The notes under the pieces: generated by a model
The model's database searches: none
What the model was told of the DNA's origin: nothing
The model's input: the letters and a program-made list of their open reading frames with translations, nothing else
Shown: piece after piece, positions 19,210 through 29,984 of the stretch
Layout of the letters: each line of letters begins with the position of its first letter
How positions within the stretch are numbered: the stretch's first letter is position 1
Made by a program: the position numbers and the translations under genes
Assembly (NCBI GenBank): GCA_045635805.1
Contig: JAZTWI010000002.1
Span: 9,693-73,692, forward strand
Direction: 5' to 3'
DNA length: 64,000 bases
DNA from: Clostridia bacterium
GTDB taxonomy: Bacteria > Bacillota > Clostridia > Christensenellales > UBA1242

Positions 19210-20616
19210 ATGGTCTTTGATGTTGCTATATTAGGTGGTGGAATTGTAGGAACTGCAATTCTAAATAAACTAACTAGAATAGGTAAAAAAGCGATAATTA
19301 TAGAGAAAGGCAGTGACGTTGCTGTTGGTACAACTAAGGCTAATAGTGGTATTGTTCACGCTGGTTTTGACGCAAAGCCAGGCACTTTGAAAGCAAAGCT
19401 TAATAAAAGGGGTGCAGAACTATTTCCAACTCTATGCAAAGAATTATGTGTACCTTATAAGAAAAATGGTGCTCTTGTTATCGGTAGTGATATGTCGGTT
19501 GTTAAAGAACTATACGACAGGGGTATTGAAAATGGTATACAGGGACTAGAGATACTAGACAGACAGGCAATACTAGAGAGACTACCTAATATTACCGAAG
19601 AAGTTACTTGTGGCTTGTACGCTAGTACTTCTGGTATTGTTTCTCCATACAAGATGGCTATAGCTCTTGCCGAAGAAGCAATACTTAATGGTGGTAGTAT
19701 AGTGTTTAATTTTGATACTACTTCTGTAAGGAAAGAAAATGGTGTGTACACTATATCTAATGGTAAAGATGAGATTAAGGCTAGTAGAGTAGTTCTAGCA
19801 GTAGGTGCTGCTCATAATGATATAGCTAAGGTATTTGGAACTACAGAGTATCCTATAGAATATAGAAGGGGTGAATATTATCTTCTTGACGTAGACGCTA
19901 TGGACACAAATGGTCATACAATATTCCCTTTACCATCGGCTCATAGTAAAGGAAGTTTAGTTTCCCCAACAGTATCTAATAACTATATTGTGGGACCGAC
20001 TTCTACTCTAACAGATAGCGATAGTCCTGTTACAACTAAAGATGGTCTTACTGAGATATCAAGTAAGTCAGGAACAATGCTTACAAATGTAAACTTGAGA
20101 AAAAATATTAGAGTATTCTCTGGTGTTAGAACAGTTATTGGTAGTGACTTTATTATAGAAGAAGACAAAAATGATGGTGGTATTATTAATGTAACAGGTA
20201 TATGTTCTCCTGGTCTTACTGCTGCACCTGCCATTGCTGAGATGGTTGTATATATGCTAGGTATGACTACTAACGAGAGACAAGACCTAGTTAGATTAAA
20301 AAATAAACCACACATCAAAAATATGTCTATAGAAGACTTAGATAAACTAATTAAGAAAGATAGTAATTATGGCAAGATTGTATGTAGATGTGAGATGATT
20401 AGTGAAGCTGAGATAATTGAAGCAATCAATTCACCACTAAAACCAATGTCTGTAGATGCCATAAAGAGAAGAACCAGGGCTGGTATGGGTAGATGCCAGG
20501 GTGGTTTCTGTTTCTCTAGAGTAATGGAACTCATAGCTAGAGAAAGGGGAATATCTATAGACGAAGTACTTAAAGAAAACGAAGGCAGTAGAATTATAGT
20601 AGGAGATATTGATTAA
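19210..20616 (+). CDS. FAD-dependent glycerol-3-phosphate dehydrogenase-like subunit with BFD-like [2Fe-2S] domain
   Basis: GGGIVG, TTKANSGIVHAG, SPGLTAAPA, VCRCE...RAGMGRCQGGFC; divergent from glpK. Confidence 0.88.
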   Translation: MVFDVAILGGGIVGTAILNKLTRIGKKAIIIEKGSDVAVGTTKANSGIVHAGFDAKPGTLKAKLNKRGAELFPTLCKELCVPYKKNGALVIGSDMSVVKELYDRGIENGIQGLEILDRQAILERLPNITEEVTCGLYASTSGIVSPYKMAIALAEEAILNGGSIVFNFDTTSVRKENGVYTISNGKDEIKASRVVLAVGAAHNDIAKVFGTTEYPIEYRRGEYYLLDVDAMDTNGHTIFPLPSAHSKGSLVSPTVSNNYIVGPTSTLTDSDSPVTTKDGLTEISSKSGTMLTNVNLRKNIRVFSGVRTVIGSDFIIEEDKNDGGIINVTGICSPGLTAAPAIAEMVVYMLGMTTNERQDLVRLKNKPHIKNMSIEDLDKLIKKDSNYGKIVCRCEMISEAEIIEAINSPLKPMSVDAIKRRTRAGMGRCQGGFCFSRVMELIARERGISIDEVLKENEGSRIIVGDID

Positions 20617-21839
20617 TGAAAAAATATGATGTTGTAATTATCGGTGGTGGTCCTGCTGGTATGGCTGCTGCGATAGAATGTAGTAAAACGGGAGCAAAGA
20701 CACTACTAGTTGAGAGAGATAATAGACTTGGTGGCATTCTTAATCAGTGTATACATAATGGTTTCGGGCTTCACTATTTCAAAGAAGAGCTTACAGGTCC
20801 AGAATACGCTAGTAGATTCGAGAAACTGCTTAGAGATACTGATGTAGATGTAATGCTAGAGACATTTGTTACAAGTGTTGATGGCAGGAAAGTATCACTT
20901 ATAAATAGTGATGGTGCTATTACAATAGAACCAAAATCCGTGGTATTTGCTATGGGTTGTAGAGAAAAGACTGCTGGTAGTATAAAACTTAATGGTACTA
21001 GACCTGCAGGAATTATGACAGCAGGACAGGTACAGAAACTAGTTAACTTCTATGGTAAATTACCAGGCAAGAAAGCAGTAATACTAGGTAGTGGTGATAT
21101 AGGTCTTATTATGGCTAGAAGACTTACGTTTGAAGGTGCTAAGGTTGATATGGTATTAGAGATAATGCCTACTTCTAGTGGTCTTCCTAGAAATATTAGA
21201 CAGTGTCTAGAAGATTACAATATTCCTATTCATTATAATACAACTATAACAGAAGTTATGGGCAAGGATAGAGTTACAGGTATTAAGTATGCTCAGGTAG
21301 ACAAAGACTTTAATATAATCAAGGAAACAGAAAAATACATAGATTGTGACCTAGTAGTATTATCTGTAGGACTTGCTCCAGAATTTGATATCGTAAATAA
21401 CCCTAATATCAATCCTGTTACAGGTGGATTTATAGTTAATGAATTTAGAGAGTGTAGAGAAGGTGTATTTGCTTGTGGAAATGTACTACAAGTACACGAC
21501 CTAGTAGATAATGTAACAGCAGAGAGTATTACTGCTGGAAGAAATGCTGGACTCTATGCTCTAGGTAAACTAGATAGGGGTGCAGAACACAAAGTTCTCA
21601 CAGGTGATGGTGTTAGATACACAGTTCCTAGTACATACTTTGAAGGCGATAACGATGTGGAAGTATTCTTTAGGGTTGGCAAGAAATTTAAAGACGTTCA
21701 AATCGTTGCATCTATTGGCGACACGGAAATTAATAAAAAACCTGTTATAGCACTTAATCCAGGTGAAATGACAAGCATTGTAGTGAATAAGAAAGATTTA
21801 AAAGAAGATATGACTATATCTATTAAGGAGAGAAAATGA
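20616..21839 (+). CDS. NAD(P)/FAD-dependent oxidoreductase, partner subunit
   Basis: GGGPAG, GGILNQCIHNGFG, GSGDIGLIMARR, CGNVLQVHDLVD. Confidence 0.88.
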   Translation: MKKYDVVIIGGGPAGMAAAIECSKTGAKTLLVERDNRLGGILNQCIHNGFGLHYFKEELTGPEYASRFEKLLRDTDVDVMLETFVTSVDGRKVSLINSDGAITIEPKSVVFAMGCREKTAGSIKLNGTRPAGIMTAGQVQKLVNFYGKLPGKKAVILGSGDIGLIMARRLTFEGAKVDMVLEIMPTSSGLPRNIRQCLEDYNIPIHYNTTITEVMGKDRVTGIKYAQVDKDFNIIKETEKYIDCDLVVLSVGLAPEFDIVNNPNINPVTGGFIVNEFRECREGVFACGNVLQVHDLVDNVTAESITAGRNAGLYALGKLDRGAEHKVLTGDGVRYTVPSTYFEGDNDVEVFFRVGKKFKDVQIVASIGDTEINKKPVIALNPGEMTSIVVNKKDLKEDMTISIKERK

Positions 21840-22162
21840 AGTTAGTTTGTATCAAATGCCCTAGGGGTTGTGAATTAGATGTTGATGGCGACAAAGTAAC
21901 AGGTAATTTTTGCCCTAGGGGTATAGACTATGCTAGGGAAGAACAGACTTGCCCTATGAGAACTGTTACTGCTCTTGTAAAGGTAGATAATACTGTTGTG
22001 CCTGTAAAAACCGATAAAGAAGTGCCTAAATCACAGGTATTTAAAGTATTAGAAGAAATCGCTAAATTACACCTAAAAAGTGCTAAAGAAGGTGAAATAA
22101 TTATTAAAAATGTAGCTGGTACAGATGCAAATGTTATAGTTACAGGTAAAAGATATAAATAG
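21836..22162 (+). CDS. DUF1667-type small Cys-rich protein
   Basis: CIKCPRGC...GNFCPRG..YA..E...P.RTVT; usual third gene of this operon. Confidence 0.85.
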   Translation: MKLVCIKCPRGCELDVDGDKVTGNFCPRGIDYAREEQTCPMRTVTALVKVDNTVVPVKTDKEVPKSQVFKVLEEIAKLHLKSAKEGEIIIKNVAGTDANVIVTGKRYK

Positions 22163-22166
22163 ATAA

Positions 22167-22193
22167 ATAAATTTAAGCCCCTTTGCATATAAT
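22167..22193 (+). promoter_or_regulatory. Sigma-E promoter of the ytxC-like gene
   Basis: ATAAA-N14-CATATAAT. Confidence 0.7.
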
Positions 22194-22211
22194 AGATGAA
22201 AGGGGCTATTT

Positions 22212-22931
22212 ATGTGGGAAATTACTTTGGTTGGGGAAGAGTGTGATTACATATATTTCTCACAACTTAGAGATATAATTATTAGGCTTTATAAAGATGC
22301 TTTTGTTTCAATTGGACTCAGTGACAAACTTTATATTAGTATAGCCGCAAAAGAGAATATTTTACAGAAGATAGAAGATTATCTCTTTGAGACCATTATT
22401 AAAATTAACAAGAAAGATTATTTGGTGGATAAACTAGAATTTATAGGCAGTAATGATTTGTACGATGACTTTATTTTAACTAGTATTATTTATCTAGACT
22501 TACCACAGGAAATAGAGTATGCTAGGTATTCTGCAAAACTAGGTAAAATTAACTATATTAGGTCATTATTTCAATTTAAACTAAATAGACTACTTATTCT
22601 TTGGGATAGTATGGCAAATGAATTAAATTTGTCTATTAAAAAAAGTAAAAAAGAAACAATTTATTTGGATTTTTTAAAGTTTCTAGCAGAAGCGACAGAG
22701 CCAACTTATGATATAGTTTATTTAGATAAATGTGGTAAGAAATTGTCGTTATGTGATAATCATAATAAGAAAATTAAAGTAATAACCAGCACAGACGAGA
22801 TAGATATCATAGTTAATCTTATAATATTTTCGCCTAAGAAGATAGTTATTAACAAGGTGGAGAGTATAAGTGAAAGGCTATGTAATATGCTTAGATACAT
22901 ATTTATCGATAGAGTGAGTTTAGTTTTATAA
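22212..22931 (+). CDS. YtxC-like sporulation protein
   Basis: Directly upstream of T-box-thrS; F.FKL..L...W, YLDFLKFL, SPKKIVI, IFIDRV; sigma-E-like promoter. Confidence 0.65.
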   Translation: MWEITLVGEECDYIYFSQLRDIIIRLYKDAFVSIGLSDKLYISIAAKENILQKIEDYLFETIIKINKKDYLVDKLEFIGSNDLYDDFILTSIIYLDLPQEIEYARYSAKLGKINYIRSLFQFKLNRLLILWDSMANELNLSIKKSKKETIYLDFLKFLAEATEPTYDIVYLDKCGKKLSLCDNHNKKIKVITSTDEIDIIVNLIIFSPKKIVINKVESISERLCNMLRYIFIDRVSLVL

Positions 22932-22948
22932 TTTTTTAAATTTTATAC

Positions 22949-22977
22949 TTGACAAAGGTATTTTTATATACTAAAAT
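22949..22977 (+). promoter_or_regulatory. Sigma-A promoter of thrS
   Basis: TTGACA-N17-TAAAAT. Confidence 0.75.
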
Positions 22978-23019
22978 TAAGGCATAGTTTAGGGGATAAC
23001 TCTATACATAACTTAATAC

Positions 23020-23246
23020 ACGATGATAAAAGACAAGTAATATATAGACAATATTTTTACAGAGAGTAAGGGTGGCTGAGAACCTTGCAAAATACCTATG
23101 TATGAAACCACTTTTTGAGTGTCAGTAGCCTAGACTGAGATTAGGTATTAGAGTGGACTTAAGGTATCTATATCTTGAGCCAAGTAAGGTGGAACCACGG
23201 GTAAATGATTATTCGTCCTTATGTATTTACATAGGGATTTTTTTTG
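23020..23246 (+). ncRNA. T-box riboswitch (Thr, ACC specifier)
   Basis: AGTA, AGAGA and GCTGAGA stem I motifs; GAA-ACC specifier at 23107-23109; T-box AAGGTGGAACCACGG at 23186-23200; terminator TCCTTATGTA-TT-TACATAGGGA plus T-tract. Confidence 0.93.
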
Positions 23247-23284
23247 TAAAAAATTCCTAAAGACATAAAAAAGGAGCAAAGAAA

Positions 23285-25054
23285 ATGAGTGAAATTAATG
23301 AAAAGGAAATGATGTACAGACATAGTATGAGCCACGTTCTAGCAAAGGCTGTAAAAGAGCTATTTGGTAAAGACGATGTTAAATTAGCAATCGGTCCAGC
23401 TATTGATAATGGTTTCTACTATGACTTCGATATTCCGGTATCTATCACAAATGATGATGTCGCTAAAATCGAAGAAAAAATGAAAGAAGTTATTGCAAGA
23501 AACGAAGACTTTAGAAGGGTAGAAGTGTCTAGAAAAGAAGCTCTAGAAATGTTTAAAAATGAACCTTATAAACTAGAGTTAATAGAAGAACTACCAGAAG
23601 GTGAGACTATTTCTATGTACTACCTAGGCGAAGACTTTGTTGATTTATGCAGGGGCCCACACGTTGAAAATACTAAGTTTTTAAGGGGTTTTGCATTTAA
23701 AATTAATAGAGTTAGTGGTGCTTATTGGAGAGGTAGCGAGAAAAATAAAATGCTACAGAGAGTTTATGTATATGGCTTTCTAGATAAAAATGACTTAAAG
23801 AAATATATCAATATGATAGAAGAAGCAATCAAGAGAGACCATAATAAATTAGGTAGAGAATTAGGCTTATTTACTACTGTAGATTATATTGGTCAAGGTC
23901 TACCAATTCTTTTACCAAAGGGTGCTAGAATAGTTCAATTACTACAAAGATTTGTAGAAGATGAAGAGCAGAAAAGGGGTTGGTTATTAACTAAAACTCC
24001 ATTTATGGCAAAGAGTGACCTTTATAAAATCTCCGGACACTGGGACCACTACAAAGATGGTATGTTTGTACTAGGTGACGAAAATAAAGATAAAGAAGTA
24101 TTTGCACTTCGTCCAATGACTTGTCCATTCCAATATCAAGCATATCTAAATGAGTCTAGGTCATACAAAGACCTTCCACTTAGATATAATGAAACTTCTA
24201 CATTATTTAGAAACGAAGCTAGTGGTGAAATGCACGGCCTAATCAGAGTTAGACAGTTTACAATCAGTGAAGGACACCTAATGTGTACTGCTGAGCAATT
24301 AGAAGAAGAATTCAAAAACTGCCTAGAACTTGCTATATATATGTTAAAGACATTAGGTTTATATGAAGACGCTAGTTATAGATTCTCTCAATGGGACCCA
24401 AATAATAGAGAGAAATATATTGGTACAGAAGAAGAGTGGAACGAAGTTCAAGGCATGATGGGAAGAATACTAGATAATCTAAAAGTTCCTTATAATATCG
24501 GTATCGGAGAAGCTGCTTTCTATGGACCAAAACTTGATATTCAGATTAAAAATGTTTGGGGTAAAGAAGACACTCTTATTACTATTCAAATCGACCCTAT
24601 GATTGCTGAGAAATTTGGTATGGAATATACTGATAAAGATGGCTCTAAGAAAAATCCATACATTATTCATAGAACAAGTATTGGTTGTTATGAGAGAACT
24701 CTTGCATACCTTATTGAGAAATTTGCTGGTGCTTTCCCAACTTGGTTAGCTCCAACTCAAGTAAAAATTCTTAATATTGCAGACGTTCATCTAGAATATG
24801 CTAATGCTGTAAAAGAGAAACTATCTAGTTATGGTATCAGAGTGGAAGTTGATGGCAGAAACGAGAAAATCGGTAAGAAGATTAGAGAAGCACAACTAGA
24901 GAAAGTTCCTTACTCATTAATAGTTGGTGATAACGAAGTAGAGAGTGGTTCTGTTTCTGTAAGAAAGAGAAGTGTTGGAGATATTGGTTCTCAAAAACTA
25001 GAAGAATTTATCGATAATATCTTAAAAGAGATTAATTCAAAAGCTCTTAACTAA
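23285..25054 (+). CDS. thrS: Threonyl-tRNA synthetase (no N-terminal TGS domain)
   Basis: RHSMSH, DLCRGPH, RDHNKLG, RPMTCP, GLIRVRQF, AFYGPKLD. Confidence 0.98.
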   Translation: MSEINEKEMMYRHSMSHVLAKAVKELFGKDDVKLAIGPAIDNGFYYDFDIPVSITNDDVAKIEEKMKEVIARNEDFRRVEVSRKEALEMFKNEPYKLELIEELPEGETISMYYLGEDFVDLCRGPHVENTKFLRGFAFKINRVSGAYWRGSEKNKMLQRVYVYGFLDKNDLKKYINMIEEAIKRDHNKLGRELGLFTTVDYIGQGLPILLPKGARIVQLLQRFVEDEEQKRGWLLTKTPFMAKSDLYKISGHWDHYKDGMFVLGDENKDKEVFALRPMTCPFQYQAYLNESRSYKDLPLRYNETSTLFRNEASGEMHGLIRVRQFTISEGHLMCTAEQLEEEFKNCLELAIYMLKTLGLYEDASYRFSQWDPNNREKYIGTEEEWNEVQGMMGRILDNLKVPYNIGIGEAAFYGPKLDIQIKNVWGKEDTLITIQIDPMIAEKFGMEYTDKDGSKKNPYIIHRTSIGCYERTLAYLIEKFAGAFPTWLAPTQVKILNIADVHLEYANAVKEKLSSYGIRVEVDGRNEKIGKKIREAQLEKVPYSLIVGDNEVESGSVSVRKRSVGDIGSQKLEEFIDNILKEINSKALN

Positions 25055-25255
25055 AAAAATAGGTGTATGCATTTTGCATACATCTTTTTTGTTTTATTAA
25101 TCAAAATAAAAATTAGTCTCTATATATTAATATAATATATTATATTATTATAATATTATAATACAAAATAACATAAAATTTTCGGTTTAATTTAGTTGTC
25201 TAAATTTTGCATTGTGGCTATAATGAAAAGTAGAATGTTTATATAAAGGAAGAGT

Positions 25256-26788
25256 ATGTTAGCAACTGTTAAGAGTTTTGGCTTAAATGGAATAAGTGGT
25301 TATCTTATTAAGTGCGAAGTTGATATCAATAGGGGACTCCCTGGTTATGATATCGTTGGACTTGTAGGTACTGCTACCAAAGAGAGCAAAGAAAGAGTTA
25401 AGTCTGCCATCAAAAATAGTGGGCTTAGATATCCAATAGAGAAAATCACAGTCAATCTAGCACCTGCAGATACCAAGAAAGATGGTCCGGTATATGATTT
25501 GCCGATAGCCCTTGGCATACTATCTGCAATGTCACAGGTTAAATTAGACAAATTAAATAAGTATATAGTGTTAGGTGAGCTTGGTCTTAATGGTGAAGTT
25601 AGAAAGGTTAATGGAGTTCTTCCTATACTTATATCTGCTAGACAAGAAGGTTATACTAGAGTTATTATGCCTAAAGAAAATTGCGTTGAAGCGAGTTTTA
25701 TAGAAGGTATGATGATATATGGTGTGTCTAATCTAAAAGAAGCAGTTGACTTTTTAAATGGTGATAAGGAATTAGAGCCAATAGAATTTACTGACTTTGA
25801 TACTATTAGACAATCTAAGAAGAAAAGTCTAGATTTTAAATATGTTAAAGGACAGGCTCAGGCAAAGAGAGCCCTTGAGATAGCTGCTGCTGGTGGGCAT
25901 AATGTTATTATGATAGGACCACCTGGTAGTGGTAAAACTATGCTTGCTAAGTGTTTTCCTAGTATTTTACCAGAGTTGACATTTGAAGAAGCACTAGAAG
26001 TTACTAAAATACATAGTATTGCAGGAGTGCTAGATAGCAAAGAAGGAATTGTAACTACTAGACCTATTAGGTCTCCACATCATACTGCAACAACTCTTTC
26101 TCTTACAGGTGGTGGAAGACTTGCTAAACCGGGTGAGATTAGTCTTGCACACACAGGGGTATTATTCTTAGATGAGATGCCTGAGTATAATAGAAATAGT
26201 CTAGAAACACTTAGACAGCCATTAGAAGACGGAGTGATTACTATTACTAGAGTAGAGAGTGCTGTGGAATATCCAGCCAACTTTACATTAATTGCTAGTA
26301 TGAATCCATGCCCTTGTGGTAACTATGGTTCCAGAGATAAGGAATGTAAATGCTCTCCAAATGCTATAAAGAAATATCTGAATAAACTATCTGGTCCACT
26401 TATGGATAGAATAGATATGCATATTGAAGTGGATAGTGTTACTTATGATGAACTTAGAAGTGAAGACTTAGAAGAGCCAAGTGAAAGTATCAAGTCTAGA
26501 GTAGATAAGGCTAGAGAGATTCAATTAGATAGATACAAAGACTCTGGAATATATTCTAATGCAAAGATGAGTGACCATTTGTTAAAGAAATACTGCAAGA
26601 TTTCTCAGGCTAGTGAGTCAATGCTAAGAGTTGCTTTTGATAAACTAAATTTAAGTGCTAGAGCATACAGCAGAATTTTGAAGGTGGCTAGAACGATTGC
26701 TGACCTAGATGGGTCTACTGATATAACAGATGAGCACATTATGGAAGCGATTTCTTATAGGTCGCTAGATAATAAGTATTGGGGATAA
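25256..26788 (+). CDS. comM: YifB/ComM Mg-chelatase-like AAA+ ATPase
   Basis: NLAPAD, GPPGSGKTM, PGEISLAH.GVLFLDE, LRQPLE, MNPCPCG; precedes dprA. Confidence 0.93.
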   Translation: MLATVKSFGLNGISGYLIKCEVDINRGLPGYDIVGLVGTATKESKERVKSAIKNSGLRYPIEKITVNLAPADTKKDGPVYDLPIALGILSAMSQVKLDKLNKYIVLGELGLNGEVRKVNGVLPILISARQEGYTRVIMPKENCVEASFIEGMMIYGVSNLKEAVDFLNGDKELEPIEFTDFDTIRQSKKKSLDFKYVKGQAQAKRALEIAAAGGHNVIMIGPPGSGKTMLAKCFPSILPELTFEEALEVTKIHSIAGVLDSKEGIVTTRPIRSPHHTATTLSLTGGGRLAKPGEISLAHTGVLFLDEMPEYNRNSLETLRQPLEDGVITITRVESAVEYPANFTLIASMNPCPCGNYGSRDKECKCSPNAIKKYLNKLSGPLMDRIDMHIEVDSVTYDELRSEDLEEPSESIKSRVDKAREIQLDRYKDSGIYSNAKMSDHLLKKYCKISQASESMLRVAFDKLNLSARAYSRILKVARTIADLDGSTDITDEHIMEAISYRSLDNKYWG

Positions 26789-26790
26789 TT

Positions 26791-27882
26791 ATGTATACGA
26801 TAGATGATAAAGTGATATTATGGTTATCTTCATTTGATTTTGTTTCGTACAAAAAGGCGATGCAGGTAATCGATTTATTTGATTTAGATGATTTATTTAA
26901 TAATCTAAAAGAATATAGAGCAGACTTACTTAAGATATTTAAAGCTAGTGAATATGACGAATTACTAGCAAATAATAACTTAATGTATGTAGATAGTATT
27001 ATTAGGGGCTATGATGAGCATAAAATAAGGGCTATTACTTACAGAAGTAATGCTTATCCTATGCTACTCAAAGAAACCGATAGCCCACCACTAATACTAT
27101 ACTGTAAGGGTAATGTTGACTTGCTAAGTAGTGATTGTCTAGCAGTGGTTGGTACTAGAAGGGCTACTAACTATGGCAAGACTGCTTGTAAGAAGATTGT
27201 AAATGAAGTAGCAACTCAAGGCATTACTATTGTCAGTGGATTAGCCGAAGGTATTGATACTATTGCGCATAAGAGTAGTCTAGAAGTAAATGGCAAGACT
27301 ATCGCTGTCCTTGGTAGTGGACTGCTACATATATATCCTGCTAGTAACGAAGCACTATATAACGAGATTTTAGCAAAAGATGGACTAATTATTAGTGAGT
27401 ATAAGCCTAATGAACCATCAGTAACCTATCATTTTCCTGTGAGAAATAGGATAATAGCAGGACTTAGTAAGGCAGTGGCTATTATGGAAGCAACAGAGAA
27501 GAGTGGTAGTATGCATACCAAGAACTATGCACTAGAGTATAATAGAGAAGTATTTGCTCTACCTGCTAGAATTAATGATATTTATAGTGTTGGCTGTAAT
27601 AAGATTATTAGTAATGGTCAGGCAAAGATGCTACTTGGCTCACAAGATATAATAGAGTTTTATGGTAAATCAGCAAAAAGTACTGCAGATATAAAAGTAG
27701 TACAACTATCATACGACGAGCAATTGATTTACGATGCTCTTGACCTAAACGAAATGAATATAGATGAGATATTAAAGAAAACAAAAATGGAAACAAAGGT
27801 ATTACTAACAATGCTTATGAGAATGGAAATAAAGGGGATAATTAAGAAACTTCCAGGCAATATATATGCAATAGTTAGATAA
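26791..27882 (+). CDS. dprA: DNA-processing protein DprA
   Basis: AVVGTR..T.YG, VSGLAEGID..AH, FPVRNRIIAGLS. Confidence 0.95.
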   Translation: MYTIDDKVILWLSSFDFVSYKKAMQVIDLFDLDDLFNNLKEYRADLLKIFKASEYDELLANNNLMYVDSIIRGYDEHKIRAITYRSNAYPMLLKETDSPPLILYCKGNVDLLSSDCLAVVGTRRATNYGKTACKKIVNEVATQGITIVSGLAEGIDTIAHKSSLEVNGKTIAVLGSGLLHIYPASNEALYNEILAKDGLIISEYKPNEPSVTYHFPVRNRIIAGLSKAVAIMEATEKSGSMHTKNYALEYNREVFALPARINDIYSVGCNKIISNGQAKMLLGSQDIIEFYGKSAKSTADIKVVQLSYDEQLIYDALDLNEMNIDEILKKTKMETKVLLTMLMRMEIKGIIKKLPGNIYAIVR

Positions 27883-27899
27883 ATAAAACAAGGTGATAT

Positions 27900-29981
27900 A
27901 TGAAATTAGTTATTATAGAAGGTGTCGGTAAGAAAGATACTATTAAGAAATACTTAGGTAACGACTACGAAGTTGTAGCAACTAAGGGACACGTTAGAGA
28001 TTTACCACAAAAGTCTTTAGCTGTTAATCCTAGAAATAATTTCGAAGTACAGTATATGATAATGCCTGACAAACACGACATTGTAAAAATGCTAAAAGAG
28101 AAGAGTTCTAAGGCAGATGCTATATACCTTGCGACCGACCCGGATAGAGAAGGAGAAGCAATTAGTTGGCACTTGTGTACAATACTTGGACTTAATCCTA
28201 ATGACCCTATTAGAATTCAGTTCAATGAGATTACTAAGGCAGCTATTACAAAGGGACTAGAGAATCCTAGGGGTATTGACTTAAATCTAGTTAATGCTCA
28301 ACAGACTAGAAGAATAATAGATAGACTAGTTGGTTATAGGGTTTCACCTAAGGCTTGTAAACAGATAAGACCTAACTTAAGCGCTGGTAGAGTACAGAGC
28401 GTTGCTCTTAGACTAGTTGTAGATAGAGAGAACGAAATTAGAAACTTCGTACCACAAGAGTATTGGACAATGGTAGCTAGTCTTACTAAAGGTAGTAGTG
28501 ATGTATTTAAGGCAAGTCTAGCAAAGTATAAAAACAAGAAGATTGTTCCTTCTAGTAAAGAAGAAGTAGATGAGATACTATCTAAGGTTAATAATGGTAA
28601 GTATGTAGTTAAGAATATTAAGAAGAGCCTATCAAAGGTACACCCATCTGCACCATTTACAACTAGTACAATGCAACAAGATGCTCTTAATAAATTAGGA
28701 CTATCGCTAAAGAAAGTGTCTTCTTGTGCACAAGAACTATACGAAGGTGTAAACCTAGGTAGTGAAGGTAAAGTGGCACTTATCACATATATTAGAACAG
28801 ATAGTGTGAGAGTTGCTCCAGAAGCACAGGCAATGGCAAAAGAGTATATTACTAGAGTATATGGTGAGAAATACGTGCCAAAGACGCCTAATTTCTACAA
28901 AACTAAAGGCTCTGCTCAAGATGCGCACGAAGCGATAAGACCTATATCACTTGAGAGAACACCTGAGAAAGTTAAAGAATTCTTGAGCCCAGATAACTAT
29001 AAGTTATACAAACTAATATATAATAAGTTCCTTGCTAGCCAAATGAGCGATGCAACATACGACTCAGTATCTGTAGAGATAGATAATAGTGAGTATATCT
29101 TTAAATGTACAGGCAAAACTCCTGTGTTTGATGGTTTTACCGTTCTTACATCATCTTCTAAGAAGGCAAAACAGACAGAGAACGAAGAAGAAAATGAGAG
29201 CGAAAATAGTAAATTACCAGAGATGAACGAAGGCGATGAACTAACATTTAAAGAGATGGCGACTACTCAGAAATTTACTAAGCCACCATCAAGGTATACT
29301 GAAGCGTCTCTAGTGAAAGAGATGGAAGAGAAGGGAATAGGTAGACCTGCGACATACACTCCTACAATTACTCTACTTACTTCTAGAAAGTATGTTGATA
29401 AAGAAGCAAAATACTTAATTCCAACCGAACTAGGTGAAAAACTAACTGAGTTCTTAGTTAAAAATTACGAAGGTTTATTTAATGTTCAGTTTACTGCTGA
29501 TATGGAGAATAAGTTAGACCAGATAGCAAATAATGAAATTGATTTCTTGGCTGTTATGAAAAAATTTAATGATTACCTAGAGAAACTACTAGGTCAATAC
29601 GTTGAGCCAGAGAAGACAGGCATTATGTGTGAGAAATGTGGTCACGAGATGGTAAAAAGAGTAAGCAAGTACGGCGAATTCCTTGCTTGTAGTAATTACC
29701 CACAATGTAAGAATATTCAGAGCATTGTTAAGGTTGTTGCTAAATGTCCTAAGTGTGGTGGAGACGTAATTGAGAGAAAGTCTAAGAGTGGTAAAATATT
29801 CTATGGCTGTAATAGTTATCCTAAGTGTGACTTTATCTCTTGGGAAGTACCACTTGAAGACAAGTGTCCTAAATGTGGTGCTTATCTAACACAAAAAGAA
29901 TTATATGGTAAACCTAGAAATAAATGTAGTAATCCAGAGTGTGATTTTACAGAAATATTAAAGAAAAATAGCGAGAATTAA
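27900..29981 (+). CDS. topA: DNA topoisomerase I
   Basis: GHVRDL, ATDPDREGEAI, SAGRVQS, ITYIRTDS, GIGRPATY, C-terminal zinc ribbons. Confidence 0.97.
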   Translation: MKLVIIEGVGKKDTIKKYLGNDYEVVATKGHVRDLPQKSLAVNPRNNFEVQYMIMPDKHDIVKMLKEKSSKADAIYLATDPDREGEAISWHLCTILGLNPNDPIRIQFNEITKAAITKGLENPRGIDLNLVNAQQTRRIIDRLVGYRVSPKACKQIRPNLSAGRVQSVALRLVVDRENEIRNFVPQEYWTMVASLTKGSSDVFKASLAKYKNKKIVPSSKEEVDEILSKVNNGKYVVKNIKKSLSKVHPSAPFTTSTMQQDALNKLGLSLKKVSSCAQELYEGVNLGSEGKVALITYIRTDSVRVAPEAQAMAKEYITRVYGEKYVPKTPNFYKTKGSAQDAHEAIRPISLERTPEKVKEFLSPDNYKLYKLIYNKFLASQMSDATYDSVSVEIDNSEYIFKCTGKTPVFDGFTVLTSSSKKAKQTENEEENESENSKLPEMNEGDELTFKEMATTQKFTKPPSRYTEASLVKEMEEKGIGRPATYTPTITLLTSRKYVDKEAKYLIPTELGEKLTEFLVKNYEGLFNVQFTADMENKLDQIANNEIDFLAVMKKFNDYLEKLLGQYVEPEKTGIMCEKCGHEMVKRVSKYGEFLACSNYPQCKNIQSIVKVVAKCPKCGGDVIERKSKSGKIFYGCNSYPKCDFISWEVPLEDKCPKCGAYLTQKELYGKPRNKCSNPECDFTEILKKNSEN

Positions 29982-29984
29982 TTA

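Noticed and set aside
23285-23340. ThrRS missing the TGS domain
   Set aside because: Short-form ThrRS is known in many bacteria; RBS and T-box are intact, so not a pseudogene
25090-25250. Very AT-rich stretch as a possible replication origin
   Set aside because: No DnaA boxes (TTATCCACA) seen; consistent with an ordinary promoter region of comM
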